Of a DNA stretch of 64,000 nucleotides, positions 38,678-49,993 are shown in pieces. This stretch comes from Mobula hypostoma (taxonomy: Eukaryota): assembly GCF_963921235.1 (NCBI RefSeq), contig NC_086097.1:165728001-165792000 (forward strand), read 5' to 3'. The notes beneath the pieces are model-generated. The model saw nothing but the letters and a program-made list of their open reading frames with translations. It had not been told where the DNA came from and made no database searches. The position numbers and the translations under genes are program-made. The stretch's first letter is position 1, and the number at the start of each line of letters is the position of its first letter.

Positions 38678-38957
38678 CTGAGAATTGGAGCGGGAGTGTG
38701 GAGGAAGCCTTTTTTGAATTTTTCGAATTCTTTCATCGGCGTTGAGAGAGGCGGAACTGCGCAGGCGTGTGACGTCAGGGAGTGAAGCGCGGAAGATTTA
38801 AAAGGACACAAATCCTGATTTGAGTTTAATTTGGAGAAGAAAGTCTGAGAATCGGAGCGGGAGTGTGGAGGAAGCCTTTTTTGAATTTTTTGTTTTTTTT
38901 CATTGGCGTTGAGAGAGGCGGGACTGCGCAGGCGTGTGACGTCGGGGAATGAAGCGA
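38678..38957 (+). repeat. Tandem duplication (167-bp period) of a CpG-rich segment, probably a CR1 5' UTR, with CRE and NRF1-like motifs
   Basis: Copies start at 38678 and 38845; TGACGTCA at 38770-38777; TGCGCAGGCG in both copies. Confidence 0.75.
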
Positions 38958-38963
38958 CTAACA

Positions 38964-41245
38964 TAAGTGTATGAGGTGGATGAGCTTAGAGCATGGATTG
39001 ATACCTGGAAATATGATGTTATAGCTATTAGTGAAACATGGTTGCAGGAGGGGTGTGATTGGCTACTAAATATTCTAGGATTTCGTTGCTTCAGGTGTGA
39101 TAGAATAGGAGGGGCAAGAGGGGGAGGTGTTGCGTTGCTTGTCAGAGAATATATAACAACGGTGCTCTGGCAGGATAGATTAGTGGACTCGTCTAGGGGA
39201 GGCTATTTGGGTGGAATTGAGGAATGGGAAAGGTGTAGTGACACTTATAGGGGTGTATTATAGACCACCTAATGGGGACGGAGAACTGGAGGAGCAAATT
39301 TGTAAGTAGATAGCAGATATTTGTAGTAAGCACAAGGTTGTGATTGTGGGAGATTTTAATTTTCCATACATACACTGGGGAGCCCATTCTGTAAAAGGGC
39401 TGGATGGTTTGGAGTTTGTCAAATGTGTGCAAGATAGTTTTTTGGAGCAATACATAGAGGTACCAACAGAGAAGGGGCAGTGTTGGATCTCCTGTTAGGG
39501 AATGAGATAGGGCAGGTGACGGAGGTATGTGTTGGGGAGCCTTCGCGTCCAGTGATCACAATACCATTAGTTTCAGTGTAAATATGAAGAAGGATAGGAT
39601 TGGACCTAGGATTGAGATTTTTGATTGGAGAAAGGCTAACTTTGAGGAGATGCAAAAGGATTTAGAAGGAGTGGATTGGGACAATTTGTTTTATGGGAAG
39701 GATGAGGTCATTTAAGAAAAATGGAGGTCATTTAAAGGTGAAATTTTGAGGGTACAGGATCTTTATGTTCCTGTTAGGATGAAAGGAAAGGTTAAAAGTT
39801 TGAGAGAGCCATGATTTTCAAGGGATATTGGAAACTTGGTTCGGAAAAAGAGAGGGATCTTCAATAAATATAGGCAGCTTGGAGTTGATGAGGTGCTCGA
39901 GGAATATAAAGAATGTAAAAAGAATCTTAAGAAAGAAATTAGAAAAGCTAAAAGAAGATCCAAGGCTGCTTTGGCAAGTAAGGTGAAAATAACCCAAAGG
40001 GTTTCTACAGTTATGTTAGTGGCACTTACGTTATAATAGCTACAACATCATATTTCCAGGTATCAATCCATGCCCTAAGCTCATCCACCTTTCTTACAAT
40101 GCTCCTAGTATTAAGATAGATGCATTTTAGAAACTCTCCACCTCCCACTCTCTGTTTATCCTTAATGGAGCAAACATGAACATTGACTTCTCGAACTTCT
40201 GCTAATGCCCCACCTCCCCCTCGTACCCCAGCTGTTATTTATTTATTTACACATATTCTTTTTCTCTCTCTCCTTGTTCTCCCTCAGTCCCTCTCACTAT
40301 ACTCCTTGCCCATCCTCTGGGTTTTCTCCCCCCCCTCCCCCTTTTCTTTCTCCCTAGACCTCCTGTCCCATGATCCTGTCATATCCCTTTTGCCAATCAC
40401 CTGTCCAGTTCTTGGCTCCATCCCTCCCCCTCGTGTCTTCTCCTATCATTTTGGATCTCCCCCTCCCCCTCCCACTTTCAAATCTCTTACTAGCTCTTCT
40501 TTCAGTTAGTCCTGACGAAGGGTCTCAGCCTGAAACATCGACTGTACCTCTTCCTAGAGATGCAGCCTGGCCTGCTGTGTTCACCAGCAACTTTGATGTG
40601 TGTTGCTTGAATTTCCAGCATCTGCAGATTTCCTCATGATTGAGTATGGGAGTTGGGATGTAATGTTGAAATTGTATAAAGCATTGGTAAGGCCAAATTT
40701 GGAGTATTGTGTACAGTTCTGGTCACCGAATTATAGGAAAGATGTCAATAAAATTGAGAGAGTACAGAAGAGGTTTACTAAAATGTTGCCTGGGTTTCAT
40801 CTCCTAAGTTACAGAGAAAGGTTGAACAGATTAGGTCTTTATTCTTTGGAGTGTGGAAGGTTGAGGGGGGACTTGATAGAGGTGTTTAAAATTTTGAGGG
40901 GGATTGATAGAGTTGATGTGGATAGGCTTTTTCCATTGAGAGTGGGGGAGATTCAAACAAGAGGACATGAGTTGAGAGTTAAAGGACAAAAGTTTAGGGA
41001 TAGCATGAGAGGGAACTTCTTTACTCAGAGAGTGGTAGCTGTGTGGAACGAGCTTCCAGCAGAAGTGGTTGAGGCAGGTTCGATGTTGTCGTTTAAAGTT
41101 AAATTGGATAGATATATGGACAGGAAAGGAATGGAGGGCTATGGGCTGAGTGCAGGTCGGTGGGACTTGGTGAGAGTAAGAGTTCGGCATGGACTAGAAG
41201 GGTCGAGATGGCCTGTTTCCGTGCTGTAATTATTACATGGTTATA
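38964..41245 (+). mobile_element. Rearranged CR1 LINE: endonuclease part, inverted CR1 piece, Penelope insert, then RT C-terminus and 3' end
   Basis: Peptides KYDVIAISETWL (APE) and LYKALVRPNLEYCVQFWSP…FFTQRVVAVWNELP; the RT core is missing. Confidence 0.88.
40167..40638 (+). mobile_element. Penelope-like 3' fragment with a hammerhead-like motif at ~40507-40544
   Basis: catgaacattgacttctcgaacttc (MNIDFSNF), C/T-rich UTR, then AGTC-CTGACGA-AGGGTCTCAGCCT-GAAACATC-GACT. Confidence 0.8.
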
Positions 41246-44200
41246 AGCTGCAATCCAAGGGAGCTTTGAAATCGAATGAGTCAGTGCTATTACAATGCTG
41301 GAGGTTGAGAGGCTATTACATGCATGAATATGGAGTCATTTGAGGGATATGAATCATACAGACAGAAGAGATATAGTTTAATTTGGCATCATGTTTGGCT
41401 AAAGGGCTTATTTGTGTGCTGTACTGTTCTGTGTTCTATGGTAGAAGAACTTCACTTAGATTTCCAGGATACATTGGTCAGATGTAATCTCAAAGGTCGT
41501 TGTGGAAAATGAATGTTTATGGTGTGGAAGGGATCACTGGCATGGATAGAACTTTGGCTAGCTAATGGTAAATAGGAAGTAGGCACATTTGGGTCTTTGA
41601 TAGTGGGCAGGATGTAATCAGTGTGTTCTGCAGGGCTCGGTAGCTGGTTTCAACTTCTTACAATTTACATTTTGGTGATGGCACTGAACATATTTGACAA
41701 TAACATAAGACCGGTAAGAAAATAAGTTGTAAAATGATAGACGATGTATATGAAGGATTTCATGTACTTATCTAAAAGTCTTGAGTGCCTCTATCATATT
41801 TGTCTCCATCACCACCACATGAAATCCTTCATATACACTGTCCTTTTTATCACTTTACAACTTACTTTCTTACTGGCAGCACAATTCCAGACACCTACCA
41901 CTCTGTGTAAAAGGAAAACCTGCCCTGCAGTGCTCCTTTGAATTTACACCATCTCATCTTAAATCTATGCCCACTGTTGCTAGATATTTCAACCCTGGGA
42001 AGAATATACTGCCTATCTATCTAAGTATTTCACAATCTGTATCCGATCTCCTCTCAGCCTCTGCCACTCCAGAACAACCAACCAAAGTTTGTCCAATCCC
42101 CCAAGTTCTTGTGTGCTATGATACTGTATGAACTATTGCAGATAATTACGCTGCCAAGGAAGTCTAGTTTAAATTTGTCAGAGTTTGTTTCTTATTGTGG
42201 TTAGGTATCATTCCAGTTTGGCTTGCTGTCCCTCATGTATTGTGTAAGTCTGGCCATTGCCAGCTCTCTGTTTTTGCATTGCAGAATGGGTACATGAAAG
42301 AAAACGTACTCCACCAGACAAAGTAACTGCAGTTTCAGTAACCACAATAAATCAGTGCTGACTCAGCAAGCAGGCAGATTGCTGGAAAGGCAAAATAACT
42401 TGACAACTGTCCAGTCACTTTTTTGATTATAATAGTTATATAAAAACATAACGAAAAGAAGGAAATGGGCCTCCAGCAATCAATAAAATCATGGCTGACA
42501 CTGTTCACCAGACTCCCTTTCCCCATATCCCAACTGTTGTTGAAGATTCTGCACATTGACAGCTAATTGAAGGCTTTTTTTCCCTATGCTGATATGCGAC
42601 CGAACATCTGTTGACAGAAAATGATTCTTCCCAATGCGATGCAGCTCAGAAACTGGTTGGTTTGTTGCTTGCAGGTGTCCAATTTGCACTGGGAGTGGAC
42701 AAAATTATTTTTAATTTATTCACTGACTTAGATACAGACTTCGCTAACAGTTCATATCTAGCTAGTTCTGAAGTGAGGGAGTAGGTAAGTGTCAACCATG
42801 TTGGTGAAGCTGATGTCATGGATAAGCGAAGTGGGTAGTACGACAGTTTTCCTTCCATTAGTGAACCAAGTGGGCTTTTACAACAGTCCACTAGCTTCAT
42901 GGTTCCTATTACTGATGATTTTCTGAACTTCCACAGCTGCTGTGGAGGGATTCGGACTTGTTCTTCTTGGTCAGTGGCCCAGGAACCTGGCTGCTAGTAC
43001 AATTACAGTTACTCTCTACTACACCTTTACTTGTTGCTACCAACCACTGTGAACCTTAAACATACATAGAGCATAGGACAGTACAGCCCATGATGTAGTG
43101 CTGACCTTTTAAAATACTCCATGATAAATCTAACCCTTCCACACTGCACAGTCCATAAGCCTCCATTTCTCTTCATCCATGTGCCTATAATATCTTATAA
43201 ATGTCCCTGATGTATCTGCTGCAACCCATCACCCTTGGCAGTGCATTCTAGGCACCCACTGCACTCTGTGTTTCGGGGGGGGGGGGGGAGAAAAACTTAC
43301 CTCTGACACCTCCCCTAAACTTTCCACCACTGTTCTTAAAAGCATGTCCTCTGGTATTATCCATTGCCACCCTGAGAAAAAAGTGCTGGTTGTCCATTCT
43401 ACCTATACCTCTTATAATCTTAAACACCTCTATTATCCTTTGCTCTAAAGAGAGCCCTAGCTCACTCAACCTATTCTGATAAGATACATTCTTTAATGCA
43501 GGCAGTGTCCTGGCAAATATTTATTTATTTAGCAGTACAGAACAGAGTAGGCCCTTCAGCCACGCCAAGCCAGCAACCTTCTTCAAACCCGATTAACCCT
43601 AGTCTAATCATGGGACAACTTACAACGACCAATTAATCTACCCAGTACGTCTTTGGACTGTGGGTGCAAACCAAAGAGCTCAGAGAAGCCCCTTGCATTC
43701 CATGGGGAAGATATACAGGGACTCTTTACAGAACAGCGCTGGAATTGAACTCTGAACTCCAGAGTGCTTCGAGCTGTAATAGCGTCACACTAACTGCTAT
43801 GCTACTGTGTAGTAATATCAGGATGTTGAGACTGTCACTTTAGTTTCAGCCATGAAAAAACGGATAACTCAATAATTGAAGCACATTTTCATCATGAAAA
43901 TGGCCTGAAAACAAACTGCTGGAGGAACTCAGTGGGTCAGGCAGCATCTGTGGGGTCAATGGGATGGCTGACACTTTGAGTCCAGATCCTGCATCAGCAC
44001 TGAAAACATTAAAGGAGCGAGAGCAAATTCAAAGTGATGAGGCAGGATAGGTCGATCCAAGTGAGGAGTGGTTGGTGTGTAGATGGAACCCAGTGGGGAA
44101 GGAGTAACAGAGAATGTTCCCAGTTTGGCAAGTACCCCTGCATTACCTGATTCCATTCACCACCTTTCTTATCGGTTTCCTTCATGCCTTTGTTATCTCC

Positions 44201-44976
44201 ACCTTTCACCTTCCAGCCCTTGTCACTATCTCTACTGTTCCCTCCATCACAGGACTTCATCTGTCAGTCAACTCATCTTCACTTGAACCCATATTGCAAC
44301 CATCTCCTGTCTCACCCCTGGCCCTCACGCCTTTATACTGGCTATCTTCCCCCATGGTTATAAGATTATTAATTAGTTCCCTGGTACATAAATTGGACTC
44401 TTGACCTTACAATGTACCTTGTTATGATCTTGTACCTTATTGTTTACCTGCGCTGCAATTTCTCTGTAGGTTTTACACTTTATTCTGCAGTGTTATTATT
44501 TTAACTTGTTCTGTCTCAGTGCACTGTTTACTGATGCAAGACAAGATTTATACTCTTAATCAGTACATGTCACAATAATAGACCAATTCCAATTCATGCT
44601 CAGACTGATGCAGGGTCTTGACTGGAAATACCAACTATCCCTTTGCTTCCACAGAGGATGCCTGAACCGTCAAGTTGCTTCAGCAGTTTATTCGCTCCAG
44701 ATCCCAGCATCTGCAGTCTCTTGTGTTCTCTGTGTAAAGGGCCAAAAGCTTTTAAGTTCAGCTGAAGAGAACTGAAAGCTGCATAATACAGAGATGAGTC
44801 AGTGCATGTAGCTCAGCAACGGTTCAATCCTGACCCCGGACTGTGTGTGTGTGTGTGGTTCTCACACACTCCCTGTGGCTGCTTTCGTTTTCCTCAAGTG
44901 TTTTGGTATCTCACACTTCCTGAAGACATGCTGGTAGATTAATTGATAACTGTAAATCGCCCCACAGGTTAGGTAA

Positions 44977-46835
44977 TGTCAGGCCTGCACAGGCAGGCAC
45001 CTCCCAGTGTCTACCCAGCTAACAGGGGTCACCTGCCACTCATTTCCAACTCTTGACCTGCGGCCTATTTAAATCCAGTTCTCACCCACTGTCCTTTGTA
45101 CACCCATCGAACCAGCCAGCCTCAACCAGTTACTCTGAGCCTTTGGTTACCTTGACTGATCATGCTAAGAATCTGCTCTTTTGTTTTGTGGCTCCTTGTA
45201 GCTTGTTATTTTGCAAGTTATCAGTAAAATATTGTCTCCTGCTAAATTTCTCCACTGTTTTGCTTTTGGCCTCTTCTACATCACCTGACAGGATAATTGA
45301 CCCATGAGAGTATCCCTGCATAAAGGAAGTCATCCGTTGACAGGAACACATGATCCTAAAGCAGCAGAAACTCATTGACCATCTGCTCGCCACTCTCAAC
45401 CAACTCTCCATCTTGATACAGCAACTCTGCGCCAGTCAGCTTTCTCCCCTGGAGCCCTGGATTCCAGAGCCTGAACGCTTCAATGGGTCTCTGACCCTAT
45501 GTTGCAACTTCCTATCTCAGTGTGTCTTACACTTTGAGCTTCAGCTATCTCTGTATTCTGTGGAGTGGGTTAAGATTGCCTTCATCTCTCTCCTGACTGG
45601 GCGAGCTCTGACCTGGGCCACCACTAACTGTGGGGCAATAAAAGCAGCATTTAAAATAAATATGATGAGTTCACTGCTGAGATGTACTGGGTTTGTAACC
45701 ATCTGGGAAGTGAAAGGGGGCAGTGGATTGGATACTTCGCCTGCTTCAAGGCTCATGCTTGGTGCTGGATTACATGGTGGAACTCAGGACCCTTACAGTG
45801 GAGTGCACCTGGAATTCAGAAGCATTGCTGCCCCTTTACCATCATGGCACCTTGGAGCGCTTGAAAGATCAGTTGTCTGTCCAGGAGAAGCCTGACCGCT
45901 CTGGCCCTCCGAATCGATAAGCGTCTGATGGAACGGCCTCCAGATCATCAGCCAGAACCCTAGTTCCATTGCCAGAACCATTCCAGGCTGCAGGGCACAC
46001 ATCATCAATGTTTCCAGAACCCATGCCAGTAGGGAGAGCTCCTTAAGCCACCCCCCCCCCCCCCGCCGGCTGTAAAGTGCAATCGTTGGTAGGGAAATTA
46101 CTTGTGTGCTTTCCACAGGGCTGCTGACCACCCATGCATCAAATGCCCACTGCGTTCAGGAAAATGACACCACCGGGTAGAGCTGACAGGCTTTCTCTCT
46201 AGTAAACTATAAACTCCCCCAGCCTCTCATTCCAGCACTGTAGCCTGACTCACTCCCTCTGTCCTCCTCCACATCTCAATGATTTTATGCACACAGGAGG
46301 TTGTGGTAGATCCCTGCACAGCAGGCAACTTTTTGAACTGTGTCTGTGTGCGCATCTTGGATTCCATACCGAGCCTATCTCTCACCCCTTCTGCATCACA
46401 GCCATGATGGATGCCCCTTGGGGTCAGGAGTGGTCGGGGCGTGCACCCGGTCTGTGCTTATGAGCATGGGAAAGCAGCGCAAGTCCATCATCGACACAAT
46501 CAACACTCTTCTCATCTTGGGGTACTCCTGGCTGTCCACTCTTGACCTTCACTTCGCCTGGTTGTCCGGTTCACTGCTGGGTTGGGGACTCATCTGCCGG
46601 ACCACCTGCCTGTAACCTCAATTGACTTCACCCAGTAAACCTGCGGAGATGGAGGAATCTTCTCACCAAATTCCCACAGCAATACCACAACTTGGCCATC
46701 ACCTTCAATAAAAAGAAAGCCAACACCCTGCTGCCTTGCAGACCATATGACTGTGCAATCGACCTCATACTGGGTACCACCCCTCTCCGAAGTCATCTGT
46801 TCTCCCTCTGTCCTCCAGAGGTCAAAGCCATGGCC
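44977..46835 (+). mobile_element. Decayed, 3'-truncated Ty3/Gypsy (sushi-like) LTR retrotransposon: 5' LTR, gag, protease, start of RT
   Basis: LTR 44977-45290 with TGTCAGG…CCTGACA termini and TATTTAAA. Gag PEPERFNGS…CNFLSQC…KIAFISLLTGRALTWA; protease remnants VVDPCTAGNF and LILGYSWL; LLPCRPYDCAIDL. Confidence 0.88.
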
Positions 46836-46849
46836 ACATATCTACATCT

Positions 46850-47180
46850 ACATTCCACTACTTTCTTCCATGGTCTTTCCTATCAGATTTCCCCTTCTGC
46901 AGCCCTCATCTCTTTCACTATCAGCTTCCCAGCTCTTTACTTCACTCTTCTCCCTCTCCCGGATTCACTTATCACCTACCACCTTGTACTTCCTCCCCTT
47001 CCCCCACCTTCGTACTCTGACTATTTACAGTCGCAATGAAGGGTCTTAGTCTGAAACATTGACTGTTTACTCTTTCCTTATGGAAAAGAGTATGTTGCCT
47101 ATGCTGCCTTGCCTGCTGAGTTCCTCCAGTATTTTGTGTGTTTTGCTTGGATTTCCAACATCTGCAGATTTTCTTTTGTT
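46850..47180 (+). mobile_element. Penelope-like 3' fragment truncating the Gypsy element
   Basis: C/T-rich UTR then atgaagggtcttagtctgaaacattgactg…ctgctgagttcctccag. Confidence 0.7.
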
Positions 47181-47499
47181 TGTGATAATGAACCTGATTC
47201 TGATTCTGAATGGGACTAGTTTGTTGGGAGCCAGCTTGGGCATGAAGGGACAGGGATAGGACTGGTATGTGAGCTGACATTCAAAAAAGATCATAACTGG
47301 CCTCATAGCTGAGGGAATGAATGTTTTGAGTTCCCAATCCAGATCATAAAAGTATTGGAAGGTCTTGGAAAAACAAACAAAAATTGCGGATGCTGGAAAT
47401 CTAAAATGTAAAAAGAAAACTCTGGAAGTACTCAGCACATCTGAGAGAAGAGAAACAGAGTTCAAGTTTTGGGTCAAACCCAGACCTGAAGAACTAACA

Positions 47500-49130
47500 A
47501 GTTCAAATTTATTGTCATACAACCAAATGAGACAGTGTTCTTCTAGACCCGAGTGCACCCATGTATATATAGCACGCACAGCACACAAAACAAAATATGA
47601 CCACAAATAAGTTAATAAAACATAACTTAAAATGCATTTGGTAAGCAGCTCGTTGTCCTAGAGACAAGATTTTGGTGGTGGCAGGGTATTCACTAGTCTC
47701 ACAGTCTGTGGGAAGAAGCTATTATCCAGTCTCATAGTCCTCATCCTGATGTTCCTCTTCCTCCATCCTGATCGTAATGGATCAAAGAGATTGTGGGATA
47801 GGTGGTAGTGATCTTCAACAATGCTTCAGGTTATTTGTGTGCAACACTCCCGGTAAATGTCACAAATATTCGGGAGGGAGGCTCTGTTGATCATCTTGGC
47901 GGTTTTTACTGTTCTCTTGATGTCTGATGCCTTGCAGTTTCCATACCACACAACGATGCAGCCAGACAGGATACTCTTGATAGTGCTCCTGCAGCAGTTG
48001 TTTGGATGGGGGCATGGAGTCTAGCATGCATCATTCTCCTCAGAAAGTATAGATGCAGCTGTTACTTCCTGACTAATGAGAAGGTGTTATGGTTTCAGGT
48101 TAGATCGTCCATTGTGTGCACACTAAGGACCTTTGTGCTCTTCACTTTCTCTCCACGGCAGAGCCATTGATGTGCAATGGAGAGTAGTTAACCTGAGACT
48201 TCCTGAAGTCCACAATCATCTCTTTTGTCTTGTCCATGGTACTCAACTGCTCACTATTGTTGTTGAATTCTCTCTCTCTAGACAATCCTAGTAAGTGGCT
48301 TTCACTCCTTTCAGAGCTTTGCTAAACTGCTGTTTGTCAGAGCTATATTCCTCTCTGTTTCCAGACCTGTAGGCGTGATCCTTTGCGGATCTGAGAGTCC
48401 CCAACTCCTTGGTGAACCACAGGTTGTCATTGTTATACTTGGGAATGATCTTTTTAGAAAGACATATATCTTCACAGAAGGATACGTATGATATTACAGT
48501 GTCAGCATATTCATCTATACTGCTACACCAACCTTCCATGACCAACCATTCCATGGAACTTAAGCAGTCTCTCAGCCTTCCAGCAGCCCCAGGACACCAT
48601 CACCGTCTGATTTGCGTTTATAGCTGGGACCAAGCATGACAATGGCATGGTCAGAGTTGCCAAGGGGAACCTGGGGAAAATGGCAGAATGCCCTTTTTAT
48701 ATTGGAATAGAAGTGGTCTTACGTTCTGTGCTCACGTGGGGCAACTAATCACCTGGTGGTCTTTGGGCAGATCATGTTTCATGTTACAATGGCTACAATT
48801 CCCCATAATAAAAATGACAGTATTGGGTAATTTATTTTCCAAGTCAACCAACAGTCATTGTGCAGACTGAACATTTGCATGAGGGAGAATGTAAATATTG
48901 ACCAAGGTAACAGAGTGAAGTTCCCTAGGAAGGTAGCATGGTTTACAGTGAATGAAGAGAGCCTCTAAATCAGCAGAGGAAAATGGAAAGAAAATGACAG
49001 ATGCATCGCTGCATGATTTGTGATTTATAAACATGCACAAGCCACCACCAAGTGACTTGCCTCATAGTGCACTATTACGATATGCTCGAAGTAGCTGGGA
49101 TCCTGAAGTCGTCTGGTATATCTCAGTTGA
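47500..49130 (-). mobile_element. Rex1/Babar-type LINE, decayed and internally deleted
   Basis: Peptides LEALFIHCKPCYLPRE…VNIYILPHAN (APE) and IDEYADTVISYVSFCED; RT 3' remnants at 47650-48240. Confidence 0.8.
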
Positions 49131-49993
49131 GCCACAACATAATGTTAGTGATATTCAACCTGATTCTGATTGAACTTCGATTGAGACACAGACTGCAATC
49201 CCTGTAATCTGGAGCATTAAAGAAAGGAAGAACTCAGCATCTGTGGAGATGGATAGATAATCAATATCTTGGTATATCTTTTGCTGCCACAGATGTTGCC
49301 TGACCCACTGAGCTCCTCTGTTGAATCTCACTGTCCTGCTTCTACAGTCCTCCATTAAAGCACTCACAGCTAAAGTTCACATATAAACAGTAGTGGTTGG
49401 AAAAATTAAATGAGCAGAGGTTCAAGGATACATTTGCTGCTAGTTGACCAGTAAGATGCTTGTAGCTAGTTATTTTCAGCACTGGACAAATAGAACCAGC
49501 CATTCTCTGCATGTGCTTGCGTGCAGATTTTCTGCACAAACTACAATAAATTAAGAGATATTAGAGGCTTAGGAAGTTCTGCAAGACATCTGAAACCTCT
49601 GTGACCAAAAAAACACCTGAATAGCTCTTCAATTGGAATTGTGAATTATTGAGATATTGTAGTGGAGAATTGGACCAGGAGAAGTTAAAATGCTTAACTC
49701 AAAATTAGATTCAGTGGGACGGAGTGAAGGAAAGAGAGAGCGGGAAGCTGCAGTGCGGCTGAAGTGTTGACAAGTCGGACCAGGGCTGGTGAGGAGGCAA
49801 AAGTGGTGGTCAGGTGAGTAGATGGAGCTTGTCGTGTTTGGAACTTAATCCTACATTATGAACCTACAGCAGTTGGAGAGTTGTGGGCCTTGGCTGATTT
49901 TGTAGTTGTGAGTCATATCTGGAAAGGAGTGGTCAGGAGTAAGATTGGTGGGTTGCAGTTCGTGAGTGACATTGGTTGGTAGGTGGGAAGGGA

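Noticed and set aside
40600..41229. 209-aa ORF, and similar ORFs at 53782-54717 and 51148-52350, as host genes
   Set aside because: They are LINE ORF2 fragments (CR1, RTE) flanked by frameshifts and stops.
45291..45302. Tf1-type self-priming site after the Gypsy LTR
   Set aside because: I could not find a convincing complementary sequence within the LTR.
45350..45895. 181-aa gag ORF as a domesticated PEG10/RTL-like host gene
   Set aside because: It frameshifts out of gag midway, sits next to an LTR and decayed pol, and shows no sign of preservation.
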